Source of the DNA: Lama guanicoe
Lineage: Eukaryota
Reading direction: 5' to 3'
NCBI GenBank assembly: GCA_013239625.1
Contig: MU054212.1
Span: forward strand, 6,360,270 to 6,424,269
Length of the DNA: 64,000 nt
Both the position numbers and the translations under genes were made by a program. Below, piece after piece: positions 13,066 to 25,405 of this stretch. The notes under the pieces were generated by a model. The model was not told where the DNA came from. It ran no database searches and was given only the letters and a program-made list of their open reading frames with translations. Within the stretch, counting starts at the first letter, position 1. Every line of letters begins with the position of its first letter.

Positions 13066-13510
13066 CAATCTCAAACTCCCAAATGTATCCCTTCCTACCC
13101 CCTTTCCCCTCTAACTACAAAATTGTTTACTATGTCTACAAGTCTGTTTCTGTTTTGTAAATGAGTTCATCAGTGTCCTCTTTTTTCTTTCTTTTCTTTT
13201 CTTTTTAAGATTCTACGTAAGAGTGATATCATATAGTAGTTTTCTGGCTTACTTCACTTAGAATGATAATCTCCATGTCCATTCATGTTGCTGCAAATGG
13301 CATTATTTTATCCTTTTTAATCACTGGGTAGTATTCCATTATATAAATATACCACAACTTCTTTATCCAGTTATCTGTCAATGGACATTTAGGTTGCTTT
13401 CATGTCTTGGCTAGTGTATATACTGCTGCTATAAACACAGGGGTGCACGGAATCACCAAAGACCCAGAATTGCCAAAGCAATACAGAAGAAAAAGAACAA
13501 AGCTGGAGGA
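13066..13510 (-). mobile_element. L1 fragment with an inverted 5' piece
   Basis: 13066-13449 is minus-strand 3' UTR/ORF2 end; 13450-13510 is plus-strand ORF2 (aaagacccagaattgccaaagcaatac...aaagctggagga). Confidence 0.8.
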
Positions 13511-14194
13511 ACCTTAATCTCTAACAAGGGGTTTGCATATACTTAGTTGAATTTGAAAAAGAAATCTGGACAATGATTCTAAGACAATCTCATCATGTTT
13601 AGACAAGTGACTAAAATTAAAAGTATGGTACAAACTAATCAGGATATCTCAAAGTAGATTTTTGGAGGAAATATGTAAATAAGATCCTCCATGGGAAGGC
13701 AGGAGGATCATTTTAAATATTAAAACAAATCTGTACATAACATTTAACATGTTTTCACACGCCAACAAAGAATCACTTGTCTTCCGATGGAATAATAGAT
13801 ATGTCGACATCTCAAGGCTTAACTATCTTCATTTAGATCAAGCGAAGGTCTTTGCAGGGGAAACAAGAATGCGTTCTGGAAGCTGCTCTGTTCTACTTTG
13901 TAAAAACTACATTTTCCACTTGGTTATTTCCATTATACTGGGGAACACGACTGATTTTTATAACCCAATCTCCTCTCTGACCATGAAATTCTGGTATTAA
14001 TTATCATCTTTGGTACAGTTGGTTTACTTGGATTTTCTAGCGAGAGAATCATACAGTATTTTCCTCTTCCTTTCCCAGTGCTTGCAACCTCGTTTCCTGC
14101 CTTGTCTGACTACATCAGCCACACAGGAGGGGCAGCAGCAGCACAGGACACTTCCACGGTACCCAGCGCACGCCGCAGGCACTTCGCCTACAAG

Positions 14195-14300
14195 GATATG
14201 AGGTAGCTATTATTTCCCCATTTTATAAGTGATGAAACTGAGGCACAGGAAGGTTATGTGAATGATCACACAGCCCCTAAGAGGTTGAGCCAGATCAACG
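14195..14300 (-). mobile_element. MIR
   Basis: ccccattttataagtgatgaaactgaggcacag core. Confidence 0.7.
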
Positions 14301-14375
14301 AACTTCCTCTCTTTACTGTCATTTTGGTGCAATAAGTACTCTAGTTGGGGAGAAAAATTCAATTTGTCAGGCCAC

Positions 14376-14749
14376 CGCTATGGACTGAATGTGTCCCCAC
14401 CAACCCCAGATTCGTATGTTGAAATCCTAAAGTCCTATGTGATGGCATTAAGAGGTGGGATCTTGGGGAGGTGCTTAGGTCATGAGGACGGACCCTCAAG
14501 AATGAGATTAGTGCTCTTATAAGAGAGACTACCCTCCAAAGAGCTCTCTAGCTGCTTCCACCATGAGTGGTCACAGCAGGAAATCGGCCACCTGCAACCC
14601 AGAAGAGGGCTTTCCCCAGAACCTGGCCACGCTGGAATGATGAACTTGGACTTCTCCATCTCCACCACTGTGAGAAATAAATTTCTGCTATTTACAAGCC
14701 AACCAGTATATGTGGTACTTTGTTATAGTGACCGGTATGGACTAAGACA
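14376..14749 (+). mobile_element. MaLR solo LTR (MLT1A-like)
   Basis: (c)gctatggactgaatgtgtcccc...aataaatttctg...actaagaca; 5-bp TSD gccac at 14371-14375 and 14750-14754. Confidence 0.9.
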
Positions 14750-15972
14750 GCCACAGAAGAGTAGAGGTGAAAGCAGGAACCCTCATCTCGTTCCTGACTC
14801 CACATCATTGTTGGCTTTTGCCATCAGGAAGGAGGCAATGAACTCGAGTCTGCTGGGAATCACAGAGCTGACCCAGCATGGCTCCTCCCACCTCAGTGTC
14901 TTGGAGCCCATGACATTCAAGGTCTAGAGTTACCGCAGAGCCACTATGATGGCAGTGCTGGGCTGGTCAAACACGAAAATGGCGGCCCGGGGGTGACTGG
15001 ACACCAGCAGCACTAGTGGGCACCGTCTTTCTACACAGCAGCCTGCTGGACGGTTGTCACATAGAAACACACTAGATCCACATCATCAAAGAGAATACGA
15101 TTTCTGAATGGTTCCTGCAACAGGTAAAACGCGCCAGCTGTTTTCCTTCTACAACCTCACAAAAAAGACTCAACTCGCCATGTAACATGGTGCGAAGGTG
15201 TGTTTGTGCTTAGGGGGAGAGCGGGGCTCAGATGCAGTGAAGTTACACAGGCCAGGAATTCTCTAGTTCAGGTTAAATGTCTTTATTCTTTAAGTTTCCC
15301 TAGTTGTCTGACCTGTTAATCCAGACAGGGGGTTACTGCTCAAAGGGCTGCTCCTTCCCCAGTCCGTTTACACCTGCGCAACACAGAGAAGGCCTACGTG
15401 CACGGTGCTCCCACGGGTTGGGAGGAGGAATAAGAAGCTCTTGAATCTGTGAGCTCTTCCTGCTAAATGAGCAGACGGAGGAGAGCCAGGGGGACAGAAC
15501 ACTACGTGTGTATTTGGCTGACGAGCATGAAGAGTAAAGGAAAGATGCGAAGACAAGAAGAACAATTATAGCCCCAATCAAAATGCTTTCTCATCCCTGA
15601 GATAATGTCCTTCTCTTCATGATTCACCCAGCCTGCCCCGGACCTGCTGGGGAGCAGCCCCAGGAACAATGCAATGTATTATTTGCTACTTCCACCTGAC
15701 TCAGGCAACTTGTTAGTCACCAAGGGCCGTCCCCACCTGCAGCCAAAGGGTTATCTCTAAAACACAAACACAGTGTCATGGGAGACAGCTCACTGCCCAC
15801 AGCGTGCAAGCCAAACCCAGAAGGCCCTTCAGCACACTGCGGTCTGGCCCCAGCCGCAGGCTGCAGGCCGAGTGGGCAGGCCTCCTGGCTGGATGGCTTT
15901 GGGTTTGAAGGTCGACTTTCCTACCTATGGACTGTAGGACCTTGGCTAAGATCCCAGAGTCTTGGCTTCTTC

Positions 15973-16598
15973 TTTTTTTTTTGATTTGAAGTATAGTTGC
16001 TGTACAGTATTATGTAACTTACAGGTGTGTAATATAGTGACTCATAAGTTTTCAAGATTATACTCCATTTATAGTTATTATAAAATATTGGCTACATTCC
16101 CATATTGTACAATATATCCTTGTAGCTTATTTTATTCCTATCAGTTTGTACCTCTTAACCCCCTACCCGTATACTGCTCCCCTCCCCTTCCCTCTCCCCA
16201 CTGGTAACCACTAGTTTGTTCTCTGTATCTGTGAGTCTGCTTCTTTTCTGTTATATTTCTAGCTTGATGTCTTTTTTAGATTCCACATATAAGTGATATC
16301 ATATAGTATTTGTCTTTTTCTGTCTGACTTATTTCACTCAGCATAATGCCCTCCAAGTCCATCTATGTTGCTGCAAATGGCAAACTTTCATTTTCATGGC
16401 TGAGTAGTATTCCACTGTATATACATACCATGTCTTCTTTATCCAGTCATCTGTCGATGGACACTTAGGTTGCTTCCATGTCTTGGCTATTGTAAAGAGC
16501 GCTGCTATGAACACTGGGGTGCATGTGTCTTTTTGAATTAGTATTTTTGGATTTTTAAAATATATACCCAGGAGTGGAATTGCTGGGTCATGTGGTAG
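15973..16598 (-). mobile_element. 5'-truncated L1 (ORF2 end + 3' UTR)
   Basis: Minus ORF contains HDPAIPLLGIY...QKDTCTPVFIAALFTIAKTWKQPKCPSTDDWIKK; poly-T at left end. Confidence 0.9.
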
Positions 16599-18155
16599 CG
16601 AGCAGTTTTCTTCATTGAATGGATGCTCAGAAGGGCCCTGTGGTCGAGAGAGTCTGCACCCACCTGGGGAATGCCCCTGAAACGCCCTGGCCAGTGGTGA
16701 AATGGCAGCCCTGGCTGGGGAAAAAGAACCTGACAACAGCACTGAAGACTGATGGGGGGTGGCAAACAGGGACCTGGGTCCTTAGAGCAGGTGAGACACA
16801 GTGAGAGCAGGTTGGAAGGGGGAGCAGCTTTGGCAGGCGCTGAGGAGATGGCACCAACGAGGCTGGGCACACGATGACTTTGAGGGGCAGAGAGGAAAGG
16901 GCATGCGGTGGACAGATTGAAATCCCCACCAGGGCGACGGGCTTCATTCCCATAAGGGAGAAAGCCGAGATGACGAAGTGGTGTGAAGGGCTGTACAGAA
17001 AAACAGTTGCCCCTGCGTGTTAAGCTCGTGGGATGCAAAAGGCACGAGGGGAGAGATGGGATATTTCAGATACCAGCATGCCTACTGCTCTTCATTTACC
17101 TACAATGATTTTTAATGTCTAGAAGATAAAAGTGCTCTATGACTCTGCTTTGTCTCACGCTCACTCATTGGCCTGACTGACTCTTAGGGACAAACCCCAC
17201 GATATTTTCTGAACCAGTTCTAACAGGTCAGAGGCCTTGGTAATGTGTACCTTATGAAAAGCGCACATGCAAGTGTTTGAATCATCTGTCTTCTTGCCCT
17301 AAATGTCAGAAAAGTTCACACGGTACACGTGGTTTGTTGTTTTCCTGTGTATTCAAGTACACCTGACAGCTACCCAGCTGGGTGTGTGGTTTGACAGAAG
17401 AGGCCAGCACACGACTGCGCTGGAGCGTGTCACAGAGGTAGGTGACTCCAATTCTAAGAATTGGAGTGGAGCGACTTCAGGAAGATTTGCCAGCGCTGCG
17501 ATCAATTTGGGAACATACTAAGTTTGTTTTCTGCAAAGAAAAAAAAAGCTCAAAGCAATTCCTAAAAGCTGAAAGAGAACCTTTCAAAAGGTCACACTAC
17601 CTCTCGGAGGTACCCATCCAACATGGAAATCGAATTATGAAGTGAGACCAACCCATTCCCACCCATAATATAAACACCCCGTTAACAGTGTGGTTACAGG
17701 CAGCTTGTTCAGACTTTCCACCTGATGTCAATCACATTATCTCATAGGTTAAATCAGACTTGAACTGGAGTTATCCCTTCCACGTACCAACTTTCCATTC
17801 AGTACTGACATACAAGTAGGAAAAAAAAACCCCAGAAAATAGCAGCCTTGGAGGTTGGGACCCCAAGTGCCACCCCTGTTTTTGTTTTATTTTTTTTGGA
17901 TCCTAGTGTAGATTAGGTATATGACTTGCAAGGATTCTGAGAGTAAATAGGCAGAAATGTGAAAACAGCAGTTGAGAGGTTCTTACATTTTTATTAAGGT
18001 TATTTTACCAGCGTCTATAGACCAAGAAAAGCCACACAGTGTGACGCCAAGTAACCTTCTGCTGGATTTGCTCATGTCCTCCCTTCTGTATCGCCCATAA
18101 AGCTCTGATTTTAAGGAGAAACTAATAAAAAAGAATTTCCTTTCTTCCCAAATCA

Positions 18156-18157
<2 letters not shown>

Positions 18158-18192
<35 letters not shown>
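18158..18192. repeat. (CA)n microsatellite
   Basis: Directly visible. Confidence 0.95.
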
Positions 18193-18194
<2 letters not shown>

Positions 18195-18338
18195 CTCCTT
18201 CCCCCTGTAAACATACATCCCTACTACCAACTGGGTCAGCCCCTGGGGACCAGCCTCTGCTGGGAGCAACCGCATCTCCAAAGGAAGTCGTTAACCTGGG
18301 ATGGTTCCCCTATGCGAAAACGGAACCGTTTCTTTCTG

Positions 18339-18406
18339 AGTTCACCTTTCACGGGGTTGTTTCCACACTTGACACTGGAACAGAACGACCCCATGAAAGG
18401 TGAACT
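18339..18406. repeat. Near-perfect inverted repeat / hairpin (23-nt arms)
   Basis: agttcacctttcacggggttgtt ... aacgaccccatgaaaggtgaact, 21/23 complementary, plus inner tcca/tgga. Confidence 0.9.
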
Positions 18407-18535
18407 TTCATCCCTACAGAAATTACTTAAGACTTTAAATAGGATTCAAGGATTGAGGCAGAAGTGGTTCGGGTAAGAGTCGCTAACGAGTTAGACATGA
18501 CGATTACCTTTGCTGCTGCTTGCTTCAGAAAGTCA

Positions 18536-18832
18536 ATTTTTTTCCCTTTTTATTGAAAAATTTTCAAAACATACAGAAAATGAAAACCATCTACCCTTCA
18601 TCTGAACTGAACAACTTCAACAGTCTGCCCTATAATCGTCTGTGTTTGCTTGTTTTTGGAATATTTTATGAATAATACTCATATTCCCCCCAAAATTCAG
18701 TATGTCTCTAAAAAAAGGATATTTTCCCTCATAACTATAATACTAGTATCACACCCAACAACAGCTAACAAAATTAAGATAATTCCCTAATCATCTCGTC
18801 ATATATATCACTCATATGCAAATTTCCTTGGG
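18536..18832 (-). mobile_element. Old L1MC4/5-like 3' end
   Basis: ttattgaaaaattttcaaaacatacagaaaa...aaggatattttccctcataactataatac. Confidence 0.55.
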
Positions 18833-18928
18833 TTACTATTCTTAAGCATTTAGAAGTGAAACTAGCAAACTGTCCCAAAGGCTGGTGACAATTCCCAAGT
18901 TATTCTTCCATCAAAGGTAGATGCTTAC

Positions 18929-19131
18929 AGACACACATGACTGTATATAAAATAGATAAACAACAAGGACCTCCTGTAGAGCACAGGGAAATATATTCAA
19001 TTTCTTGTAATGAGTGGTAATGGAAAAGAATCTTAAAAAAATATATGTGTATGTATAACTGAATCGCTTTGCTGTACACCTGCAACTAACATTGTAAAGC
19101 GACTCAGTAAAAACTTAGAATTAAAAAAAAA
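18929..19131 (+). mobile_element. 5'-truncated L1 3' UTR + poly-A
   Basis: Perfect 16-bp TSD aaaggtagatgcttac at 18913-18928 and 19132-19147. Confidence 0.9.
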
Positions 19132-19550
19132 AAAGGTAGATGCTTACGTAAGTTCTTCACCCTTGTTTTGAGTTAAAACATCTGGGTGAACACCCAAGTG
19201 TGAAAGATACATCCACCTGACCTCTGACCACAAACTCTGCAGTACGGTATCTACACCAGTCACAGCACGAAGTAAAGAAGTGGAGAGGGAGCGGGTAACT
19301 GATGCCTGTCTAGGAAAACGGTGGCAGGGACAACTTCCCAGACACCAGGCTATTGTATTACTTAATTAGCTTTCCCCTCTCTTCTCTTCTGAGTCACTCC
19401 CCCTAGCCGAGAGTCCTCCGACTCCTTTGTTCTTAAAAAAATGAATGTTAGAAGCTTTTCACTCCTGTGTCCTCTCTGTTAGTTTCTCTTTAATACATTG
19501 TGACAAAAATAGTTGATCCCTGCTTGCTGTCTCACCTTCCACTCATTTTT

Positions 19551-19691
19551 TTAACTTAAAAAAATTTTAAGCTTTATTTTTTTGGGGGGGTAATTAGGTT
19601 CATTTATTTGTTTTTGATGGAGGTACTGGGGATTGAACCCAGGACCTCGTGCATGCTAAGCATGTGCTCTACCACTGAGCTATACCCCCCC
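19551..19691 (-). mobile_element. Camelid SINE (Vic-1-like), inserted in an L2 remnant
   Basis: ggaggtactggggattgaacccaggacctcgtgcatgctaagcatgtgctctaccactgagctataccc; TSD ccttc(c/t)actcattttt at 19535-19550 and 19692-19707. Confidence 0.92.
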
Positions 19692-20139
19692 CCTTCTACT
19701 CATTTTTAGCCCCCTTATGCAGTCTAATTTCCCTCCCATTTATTCATTCAGATGGCCTTTCTGAAGATCACCAGTTTCCTCAGTCACACTTCAAAGACCC
19801 TTTCCCCAGACCTCCAGACTGGGATAAGCAGCCCTCCCGGATGCCATGCAGGGTCCTCTCCACACCCAAGGGGCTCCCCTGGAGGCTTGCTTCTTCCTGG
19901 TAATTTACTCAGAGGTGAGCATGTCACCCGGACACAGATGACTTATGAGCTGGGAAAAGATCAAGGCAAATAGATGTTTCCTTAGCTTTTCCCTGGAGTC
20001 TGAATACAAGTGGGGAGCTGTGTGTGAAAGCAGAGAACAGCAAAAGCTCCACTCAGCGCACCAGCTAATTCTAACGTATCCCTCCTCTTGGTGACAGAAT
20101 GTCTTCCTTGTAAGAAGTGCCATCCAGCACTTTCCAGAG

Positions 20140-20382
20140 AACAGCAGTAAGGGAAGCAGGTTCTGGAGCTGTACATCCTGAGTTCAAATCACACTTACTA
20201 GCTGCATCCTATTACAGGATCCTGAACATCCCTAAACCTCGGTTTGCAGTCATGCAAAAATGCAGACAATAATAGAACCTGCCTCATGGGTTTGTTGTGA
20301 AAGTTACATGAAGAAATAAAAGTAACATGCTGAGTTAGCAAAGTGCCCGGAGAATAGTAAGCACTAAATAAATTTGAGTTAC
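20140..20382 (+). mobile_element. MIR (near full length)
   Basis: ctgagttcaaatc...aaacctcggttt...aataatagaacctgcctcatggg...agtaagcactaaataaat. Confidence 0.75.
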
Positions 20383-21284
20383 CGCTGTGACCTCAAGGTT
20401 CAACTATGAAAAATGGTTATTAGACATTCTCAAAGAAAGTTTGGTTACTTTCCATTTTATCATCTAAGCTTTATCCCATGTAATAGAGAAAGTACACAAA
20501 ATGTTCTATACAAGTCGTTACTTTTGTAAACGGATGATTCATGCTAATTAAACTCGCAACCCAGGAGAATCAAAGTAGCTTGTTTCGACATCTCCTTTTG
20601 TTCAGTAATTACAACTCAAGGTTCTGTTAGATACCACATTACTGTAATTTTGCCCGAGAGACAGACACTGTACATCCCACATTTTAAAAAGCAGGCACTG
20701 CTGGTATAAACCCAGGTGCTTGCTGAGTAAGGGACTTGCTGATTTCCTAAGCAATTCTAACCAACCCTGGGTTCCATGGTTCCTTATTTCTGTACATTTT
20801 GCAGCTAGGAGGGAAGTGCTGAGATCATTTAGCTTGTCAAAGATTCACTGGATTTGCAGGAGGATAAGAATTTAAAAATAGAAGCCAAACTGTGGCTGGA
20901 GTTTATCTCAGATGCTTATGTTCAAGTAGCAATCCGTTCATCAGTGAGGAAACCACAGGTGCCATCGAATGACTTACATGTTCACAAGCCCGGTTAGAAT
21001 TCCATACTTCCCCAAACGGTGGACTGGGGTATGCAGACACCTCACACTCTGATCCACTGGTTTCTTAAAGCTGTGTCTCTGTGAAGAATTTTCTGGTTGG
21101 TGTTCATGGGAGAGGTGACAAGGAGGAGCTAAGCTTATGACAGGACTCATCTTGTGACAGGGACAGCGTTGAGTCAGTGACCTAAGTTAGATCTCAGAGA
21201 ATCTTCACGGCATTTTCTATCGCAAATCTCCATTTTATAGGTTGGAAACTTGGAGCTTAGAAGGGCAAATAAAACTCCAGAGGC

Positions 21285-21405
21285 AATGGCATATCTAGCT
21301 TTTTGTGGAGTCTGAAGTTGGTATCCGTTTTAAAGGGTAGAATGTTAAACTGTCAATACCAAATTAGGTTGAAGGCCCTAGAAGGGTTCAGCACAAACCC
21401 TGAGA
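21285..21405. mobile_element. MER53-like hAT MITE remnant
   Basis: tttgtggagtctgaag...aaattagg...ggccctagaaggg similarity to recalled consensus. Confidence 0.35.
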
Positions 21406-22243
21406 CCCGCACAGTAGTGTAACCAATGTGCGTGAGCTTGACCGACCGCTCCGAGCTGCAGAGACGAAAGGAATTTGATGAACAGACCTGTTAACTGTAA
21501 AATGAAAATCATTCATCTTTACGAACTAGTGGCTATAATTAAGTTGCACTGGGTTCCTTTTCCTAATTTTTTAACAATGGATTTTTTTTGGTTTAATAAG
21601 TCGGGATAAATTAAGGGGGCAGGAGGCGTGCAGAGTGAGTTAGCAGTGTCTGATAAAGTCCCAGGTAGTAATTTGGATGGCCTGAGTCTGCAGAATGCAG
21701 AAAAATTCTGAGTTCTATATTGTACGCTCCTTAGGAAATCTTTGCCCTTTTGGTAGCAACAGGAAGTTAGAGTTTAGATAAAATTTATCTGTGAGGCCTT
21801 TTGAATAAAACTGGTGTGAAAGCAGCAATCACTTTTCTAAACACTATGCCAATTTTTCTCGAGCAGTTTCTCCGCTGTTAGCAAAATAATGTGATGCTGA
21901 CTGAACATATTCGTGCAATCAACTGTTTGTTAAACCAAGAAGACTTCTTTTATCTCAAATAAAAAAAAACGTATTCTGTCAGAATAAGTCATTATTTTTT
22001 TTTCTCAAAGCACATATCATAATTTCAGAATTCAGAATAAGGAGATTCTTACAATCATCCCATCAGAGTGTAATTCTGATAAGAACTTAAGTCTTATTTC
22101 TCTTTTCCGGAAAGTTTATGAAATTATTTTTTTTCACATGAGGAATTTCATGAAAATCTCTGATAAAGAATACGAAAAAGGCACTCTGGATTCTGATGTT
22201 TCTAAAAATGCTGAGTTATACTGCTTTCCAGAATCTATGTGAA

Positions 22244-22355
22244 TAGAGCTGTATACAGCTGCCCAGGCTGTGCACTGCACAACTCCAAGAGGCTCCATTT
22301 ACAGAGACCACAAAGTAAGGAGCGCTGCCTGGAACAGGACAGTGCAGTGGCCCTG
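22244..22355. mobile_element. MER91-like hAT-Tip100 MITE
   Basis: caggctgtgcactgcacaactccaagaggctccatt...cagtgcagtggccctg. Confidence 0.6.
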
Positions 22356-22409
22356 ACTGGAACAGTACACCGACTGAGAAGAATGGTTGCTGCTTATGCC
22401 AGAAAATAA

Positions 22410-23670
22410 GCACATGCTTGAAAAAATGAAGGGGGCATGTCATAAAGATACGTGGGCCAGCTTGTACCCAAAGGGCAAAATATGGGACAATTTGAGAATC
22501 AAAATAAAAAAGGACAGGAATATATTATAATTCCATGAAAGAAGTAAGAATCCATAATTTCATGCTGATAGTAATAGGTAGGTAAGTAAATAAAAAATGG
22601 GAGAGAAGGAAAAGCTCTTCCTTCCAGCAGAATGATGACAAATGTAAGAAGGAATGATGCCACATAGAAAAAACTTGTTTGTTTTTAATCAACTATGTTC
22701 AATATCTTGTCATAACCTTTAATGAAAGAATATGAAAACAAAATATATGTATGTATATGCATGACTGAAACATTGTGCTGTACACCAGAAATTGACACAT
22801 TGTAAACTGACTGTACTTCAATTAAAAAAAAAAGAAAAAGAAAAAAGGAATGGTGGAGTGAAGTTAGAAATGCACCATTTTGCTACCTTCAAAGTAAATA
22901 CTGAATCAGACAGGAATCATCAGTAGCTACATAATAAGGAGGGGGCATTAGAGAAGGAACAGGACACCTACAGAATCTCAAAGAATCGCCTTTCATATTT
23001 CCCAGTAACCACACAGCACATGGTAATTACACAGCAGAGAAATCAGAAAACACCTTGACCAAGTGACCCAAACCAACGTCACCGACAAGGGGCAAAGGGA
23101 CATCTGTGCCCGCAGATGTGACTCCCTGAGAAGGACACAGCCAGCCCAGAGCGCATAATCTGAATCCAATCCTGAAGAGCCTGGGAAACCCACACTGAAG
23201 GCTATTCTGTAAAACAACTTGCCTATACTCTTCAAAAGTGTCATAAAACACTAGAGGCTGAGGAACTGTCCCAGATTCAAGGAGACTTAAAGAGACATGA
23301 TAGGGAAATGCAGTAAGTGGTCCTCGACCAGATGCTGGCCTGGAGGGAAAAAATGCAGTGAAGGACATTACTGGGACAACCGATAAAACTGGAACAAGGG
23401 CTGTAGATTAAAGTATTAAATGTCCTGAATTTGCTAACAGTTCTGTGGCTACATAAGAGGATATCCTCATTCTTAGGAAATACATAATGAAGTGTAAGGG
23501 GGACGCATGCTCTCAAACGATTCAGAATAAACAAATAACATGGGAGTGTGTGTAGAGAGAGAGAGAGGGAAAGAATAATAAAACAAACAGCAAAATGATG
23601 GTAAAATTGGGTAAATAGTGTTAGGGAATATATTATACTATTGTAGCCTCAGAATAAAAAGTTAAAAACA
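22410..23670 (+). mobile_element. L1MC4-like 3' region, interrupted by a younger L1
   Basis: gggacaatttgagaatcaaaataaa; ccttgaccaagtgacc...ccctgagaaggacacag; gttctgtggctacataagaggatatcctcattcttagg. Confidence 0.7.
22660..22844 (+). mobile_element. Young L1 3' tip with a 31-bp 5' inversion
   Basis: TSD aaggaatg(a/g)tg at 22649-22659 and 22845-22855; poly-A tail. Confidence 0.85.
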
Positions 23671-23844
23671 GACAAAAACAAAACAAAACAAAAACACCCA
23701 GCAGCCACAACAATTTTGGAGGGGTATCAGTGTTCAGCCTGCTTTCAATGAGCAGAAGAGTTCTTCAATTTTTAATCTGTACTTCAAAATAAAGAGTTAA
23801 ATCTTTAGAAACGTTTTGCTGCTGTCATGACCATAGTCACCACC

Positions 23845-24080
23845 ACTAACACTCACGGAGCACTTAGTAAGTGGTGAGCACTCAGAAAGGAGCTTCGCTG
23901 GCATCACCTCTTTTAATCTTCACAGCTACCCGCAGAGAAAGGCACTATAGTTATCCCCACTTTATAGACGAGGAAACTAGGAGTCAGAGAGGTTTAGTAA
24001 CTTGCCCAAATACAGACAGTAAATGGTGGAACCAGGAATCCAACGAGGCTGAGGACAAAGCTGGCAGATTTTATTACTAT
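23845..24080 (-). mobile_element. MIR
   Basis: tatccccactttatagacgaggaaactaggagtcagagaggtttagtaacttgccc. Confidence 0.75.
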
Positions 24081-24341
24081 GTGAGATTTATTTAATTATT
24101 AATTTTCTTCAAAGAACGAGTGATGACTCTCAACCTAAATAAAACTCTAACATGAAATTAGTAACTTATGCATGGATAAGGGTTTCTTCTACTAATTAAA
24201 ATGAGAACACTAAGAAACCAGAGACGTAAATGATATTTTTAGTCTCCATAATTTACTTTATGTTCTCTTTCTTCCAAAGGCTGGACTTGGTAATAAATTC
24301 TTTGAAATAAAGCATGCCCCAGGCTGTTTTCTGAAACTATC

Positions 24342-24487
24342 TTTTCTTTTTTGGGGGGGGAGTGGGTAGCAGTGAGAAGGGGGGTAGAATTAGGCTTATT
24401 TATTTTTTAATGGAGGTACTGGGGATTGAACCCAGGACCTCGTGTGGGCTAAGCACACACTTTATCACTGACCTATACCCTCCCCAC
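24342..24487 (-). mobile_element. Camelid SINE (Vic-1-like)
   Basis: ggaggtactggggattgaacccaggacctcgtgtgggctaagc...tataccc. Confidence 0.9.
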
Positions 24488-24527
24488 CTGAGACACTTAT
24501 CAAATGTCTCATAAACCATTGAGTCCT

Positions 24528-24890
24528 TGCTATAGACTGAATGTTTCTGTCTTCCCAAAATCAGATGTGGAAGCCTAAATCCCCAATGTGATGGTATTTG
24601 GAGGTGGGGCCTCTGAGAAGTAATTAGGTCATGAGGGTGGAGCCCTCATGAATGAGATTAGTGCCCTTATAAGGACAGACTTGAGAAGGATGACTGCTCT
24701 CTCTTGCTCTCTCTCTCTGCTATGTGAAGACACAACAAGAAAACTACCATCTGCAAAAACCAGGATGTGGGCTCTCAACAGACACTGGATCTACTGGCGT
24801 TTTGATCTTGAACTTCAAAAGAAATAAATTTCTGTTGTTTACAATCGATCCAGTCTATGGTATTTTGTTATAGCAGCTTGAACTAAGACA
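24528..24890 (+). mobile_element. MaLR solo LTR (MLT1A-like)
   Basis: tgctatagactgaatg...gtcatgagggtggagccctcatgaatgagattagtgcccttataag...actaagaca. Confidence 0.88.
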
Positions 24891-25239
24891 GATATATTTC
24901 AAGTTTTTTCTCCCTTTAATGTATTTTCTTTCTTTTCACATGAAGTGGTGTGATTTTAGTGTTCATGTTTCCTTTTAGTCTTGGCACCTCAATTTAACTT
25001 AAAAAAAAAAAGGTATCATTTGCAACACACTGCCTGGTTTCCCAATTAAGTGTACTATCATCTTTCTTGCAGATAAACAGTAATCTGTTGAACACATCAT
25101 ATCTTTTATCCCAGTGAAAGCTGAATGCCTGTTAAAAAAGTGTTCAGAACAATAAAAACATTTGCAAATACTTGCAGGTGTTTGGGAAAATCTTATCATC
25201 TGACACTGTGACTGTCCATTCCAGAACAAAGAATTCCCA

Positions 25240-25405
25240 ATCTTGGCTACACAATTTAACCACAAGAGGAGCTAGTAAAGTCCTGGTGCTCAGCACACAC
25301 TCAAGACCAATTAAACCAGAACCTCTGGAGATGGGAACTATGTGTCAGTCATCTTTAAAGCTCTCCAAGTGATTCCAACGTGTAGCCAAGCTTGAGGTCC
25401 CAGGT
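25240..25405. mobile_element. MER5A-like hAT-Charlie
   Basis: ccaattaaaccagaacctctggagatggg...aagctctccaagtgattccaacgtgtagccaag. Confidence 0.6.

Noticed and set aside
19615..19691. tRNA gene
   Set aside because: The tRNA-like A/B-box sequence is the head of a SINE with an A-rich tail and TSD
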